64,000 nucleotides of DNA from a virus. Where the stretch lies: positions 14,564 through 78,563 of IMG/VR virus record IMGVR_UViG_3300005518_000003; one strand, 5' to 3'. Below, one piece after another: positions 60,983 through 64,000 of this stretch. Numbering within the stretch: position 1 is the first letter of the stretch; every line of letters begins with the position of its first letter. The notes under the pieces are model-generated. The model did not search any database, was not told the DNA's origin, and worked only from the letters and a program-made list of their open reading frames with translations. A program made the translations under genes and the position numbers.

Positions 60983-61814
60983 GGTCTCTCTCTTTCCTCG
61001 GCTCACGAGCCGACTACCGCGCGCGGTTTCCCGTGCGCGGTGTGTCGATCCGCGAGTTACAGCACCATGATATCAAGCCCGCCGCTGAGAAGCGGAACCA
61101 GTGCGCGCCATTCTCCGTTGACGCAGATCTCCGTGTCGTCAGTTACGACCGCTTCCCCGGTGTCGCTGGCGTCTCCCATGAAGTAGAACGGGCCGCCGCT
61201 ACCTCTAACGAGATAGCGGCCTTGCTCGTCGCGATCCGCGTGCGCCTTGATCGTGCAGTGCATCGATCGTGCAGGTCCGATCCATCCCATGACGTCACCT
61301 ACCGCCTTTGCGACCGTCGAAAAGCACGGACGCGCCGCACTTGGTCAGGGCCGCGTGGAATTCGCGATCCCATTCGGGGGAGCATGACAGGTGCCGCGTG
61401 ATAGCGGAATCATCTCCTACTTGGTCGAATGTGGCCGGTTGCTCGACGCGTGCGCCTGGTGCGAGAACTACAAACGGCGTGTTCGTGCGGGAACCAGGCG
61501 CATCCGTTTCGGCTTGTTGTCCGAACGCGTAGCAGGTGAACGCGCGCGACTTGCGTTTTCCTTTTTCGAGGTACTCGACGTGAAGCGCGCGATCGTGCTG
61601 CGCGTACCGGCCCGGTTTGATCGTGATGGATCGGCATTCGACGCGCCGATACCCGAACGATCCACCGATGTAGAGAACGCACCCGGTAAAAACGTGCGTC
61701 TCTGGTTCGATCACTTGTGTTTCTGGTTGCATTGCTCGTTTCGCTTTCTCTTGCGACATGCGCAAGCTACGGCACGCGATCGTTTCCAATCGCGTGCCGT
61801 GTGCTCGTGCGCGT

Positions 61815-62927
61815 CTACTTGGCGAGCGCGAGAATCTTCCCGCCTTCACGTTCTAGATTCACGCGTTCGTCTTGATAGGGGATGCTGCGCGCGTAGGCCG
61901 TTACTCCCGTTGCGGCGTCCCACAAGGATTCGATCGGCCTCCCTTCATCGGAGAGGTGCGCAGCCTTGATCGCGCTCGTTTGCGAACGCGAAAAGCGAGA
62001 CGCGAGAAACTTCGTCACATCGTCATCCCGCGTTTCTGCGTTGCCGATCTTCGTACCCATTGCGGCTTCTACCGCGCTACGTACGCCGATCGTGGAACTG
62101 TTCGCGTAGTCCTGAAGAGCAGGCAACGCTTGATCGACCCAACGTTCCGGCGCGCGCAAGGTGTGACGGATCGTGATTTCTTCGTATCCCTGCGCGCCCC
62201 AAACGATGCGATTGCAGCACACATAGTCGAAAAGGAACGTTGCGATCCCGAACTTGCACTTTCCCGTTTCGGAATTCCAAACGAAGAAGCCGCGCGCGAG
62301 GCTTCCGTTTTCCCCGTTGCGACGGTTCGGCACTTCGATCCGATGCTCTTCATCGGCGAGAAACACGAACATGTCCCGATCGGACGCGTATAGCGTCGTG
62401 TTGTCCTTCGTGACGGCAACGCGCTTGCCGAATTCACCGGGGACGCGGAAAGCGCCGGTCAATCCGTCACCGAATCGATCGACGAGTGCCTTCGTGATTG
62501 CAGCATTCCAGATCCGCCCGTAGTCCGGGCCGGTAACCGCCTTGATCTGGGCGGGTCCCCCGTTCTTGTAGAGCAAAACGCCGATATCCTCGACCGTGCG
62601 TGTTTGCAGACCGTAGTTGATGCAATCTGCGGCGAGAGGCGCGGGAATGTCGCGGAGGTAGCCGGCAGGGGCGCCAGCACGTTGCGCAAGCTGCGTAAAC
62701 GCCCAGTGCGTGGGAGCAACGGGTACGCCGTTCGGTCCCGCAATCACTAGCGCGTGAATGTCGTTTTCAACGGGCCGTGCCTCGAGCGCCCGGCTTTCGA
62801 GCGTGAGCGCTTTACTGTTCGCACGGATGTTCTGGCAATGGGCGTTCAGCTCGACCAACGAAACGAATCGTTCGTCAGACGGGCGGGTACTCCACTGGTG
62901 GGATGCTTGCATGAGAGTTGTTTCCAT
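61815..62927 (-). CDS. DUF932-like phage protein
   Basis: QW..RP.DERF.SL, W.F.QL, YGRIWN, LYASDRDMFVFL, GFFVWNSE.G, C.NRIVWG. Confidence 0.7.
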   Translation of the reverse strand: METTLMQASHQWSTRPSDERFVSLVELNAHCQNIRANSKALTLESRALEARPVENDIHALVIAGPNGVPVAPTHWAFTQLAQRAGAPAGYLRDIPAPLAADCINYGLQTRTVEDIGVLLYKNGGPAQIKAVTGPDYGRIWNAAITKALVDRFGDGLTGAFRVPGEFGKRVAVTKDNTTLYASDRDMFVFLADEEHRIEVPNRRNGENGSLARGFFVWNSETGKCKFGIATFLFDYVCCNRIVWGAQGYEEITIRHTLRAPERWVDQALPALQDYANSSTIGVRSAVEAAMGTKIGNAETRDDDVTKFLASRFSRSQTSAIKAAHLSDEGRPIESLWDAATGVTAYARSIPYQDERVNLEREGGKILALAK

Positions 62928-63559
62928 TTTGTCACCTGAAAAGGCCTCGCATCGCGGGAGGCATCGCTGAGGTTTCGTTTACCCCATGGCATGCGCGATC
63001 CATCTCCCGCACCTTGTGGGTGTGGTAGAGTAAGATCATGCATGCGAGCGAAAAACGAAACACAAATAGTCCCCGTTCGGCTCTACCCGTTGGGGGGACT
63101 GTTACGCGGGGAATGCTCGTGCATCGGGCCGCGTCGCTCTTTGCTCGTGCGCCTAGGTCGTGCCCGTGCGTCCACAAAAGACGCGATCGATCGTGCGTGC
63201 GAGCGCTTCGCGCGAAGCGAAGCGAGAGACGTTCAGGTTTTCAGAGAACAGGGACCCCCTCTTTTTCAGAGGGAAAACCAGCTTACCACTAGTGACGTGG
63301 TAGAGCAAGCAATTATTCGATCTTTTTTCCAAAGGGAAAACGCCTAGTTACACGTGACAGTCCCTACTGTAACGGTTCGAAAAAGCCGGGAAGACATCCG
63401 ATCGGACCCTGAGAAAGTGCGGATCGCACACGATCCCACCTTGCGCGCCAGCTCGCGATCCCGTGTTCGCGTCTCTCGCGACGTGTGCGAGCCTGGAAAA
63501 GAGCCAGGGGTGCGGTGCGCGCGCCCAAAATCAGGCCAAAAATCGTGCCAGCTCCATAA

Positions 63560-63640
63560 TGGTGCAAGTCGAAAAACGCAATTATATCAACTACTTACGC
63601 TGGACGTTCCGCTCGGTTAGTCCTCGTGATACATCACTGA
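63560..63640. promoter_or_regulatory. Candidate res/promoter region of the recombinase
   Basis: AT-rich CAATTATATCAACTACTTAC and inverted repeat GTGAT-AC-ATCAC directly upstream of the recombinase. Confidence 0.35.
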
Positions 63641-63646
63641 ACAGCG

Positions 63647-64000
63647 ATGGGACGCAAAAAGCCGCCGCCGGGCGACCCAAAACGCGCGATCGCCTACCTC
63701 CGCGTGTCGACTGACCGCCAAGAACACGGCCCCGAGGCGCAGCGCGCTGCCCTGACAGCGTGGGCCGGCCGCGGAGGGATACAGATCGTTGAATGGGTTG
63801 AGGAAAAGGAGAGCGGCGCAGCAACGATCGAGGAGCGGCCTGAGCTCCAGAAGGCGCTTGCGGCACTCAGGACGAACGGTGCGGGGGTTTTCCTCGCTTC
63901 CAAGCGCGACCGCGTGGCGCGCGATGTGACGATCGCGCGAGACATTGCGGCGCACGTGCGCACGCTCGGTGCTGTCGTGATCACCGCGGACGGTATGTCC
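63647..64000 (+). CDS. Serine recombinase (resolvase family), partial; absent from the ORF track
   Basis: MGRKK...AIAYLRVSTDRQ...ESGA...RPEL...KRDRVARD; runs off the right edge. Confidence 0.9.
   Translation, partial: MGRKKPPPGDPKRAIAYLRVSTDRQEHGPEAQRAALTAWAGRGGIQIVEWVEEKESGAATIEERPELQKALAALRTNGAGVFLASKRDRVARDVTIARDIAAHVRTLGAVVITADGMS

Overview
The whole window reads as part of one GC-rich dsDNA bacterial virus or provirus genome: densely packed ORFs, many ATGA/GTGA overlaps, and no host housekeeping, rRNA or tRNA genes. Layout: (i) 1-14.8 kb, a leftward putative virion module, cut by the left edge. It holds a capsid-protein candidate, a protamine-like Arg-rich protein, a membrane-anchored transglutaminase-fold Cys protease, many small membrane proteins and a multi-domain protein ending in RadC/JAB. 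(ii) 14.8-30.4 kb, leftward nucleotide-metabolism and recombination genes (DUF5664-like, ThyX, HerA-like ATPase, SSB/Sak4/Cas4-like nuclease, PLD, HNH). (iii) 30.5-42.2 kb, a rightward replication operon (SF2 helicase, nuclease, Dam-like MTase, primase-polymerase/VirE, iteron-like origin). (iv) 42.2-50.2 kb, cell-wall enzymes and spike-like paralogues. (v) 50-63 kb, leftward accessory genes. (vi) A serine recombinase cut by the right edge. No terminase, portal, HK97 capsid or tail genes are recognisable, so the best inference is a large tailless, membrane-containing virus, possibly infecting Myxococcota. The main candidate new system is a peptide-motif code in virion proteins: (R/K/E/S)-x-N-P at domain boundaries, G-[LVIF]-G sites and a shared YxxRP membrane-exit motif, together with a candidate maturation protease. 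A covarying RNA structure also brackets the capsid candidate gene. All family calls come from motif recognition by eye; no searches were run.
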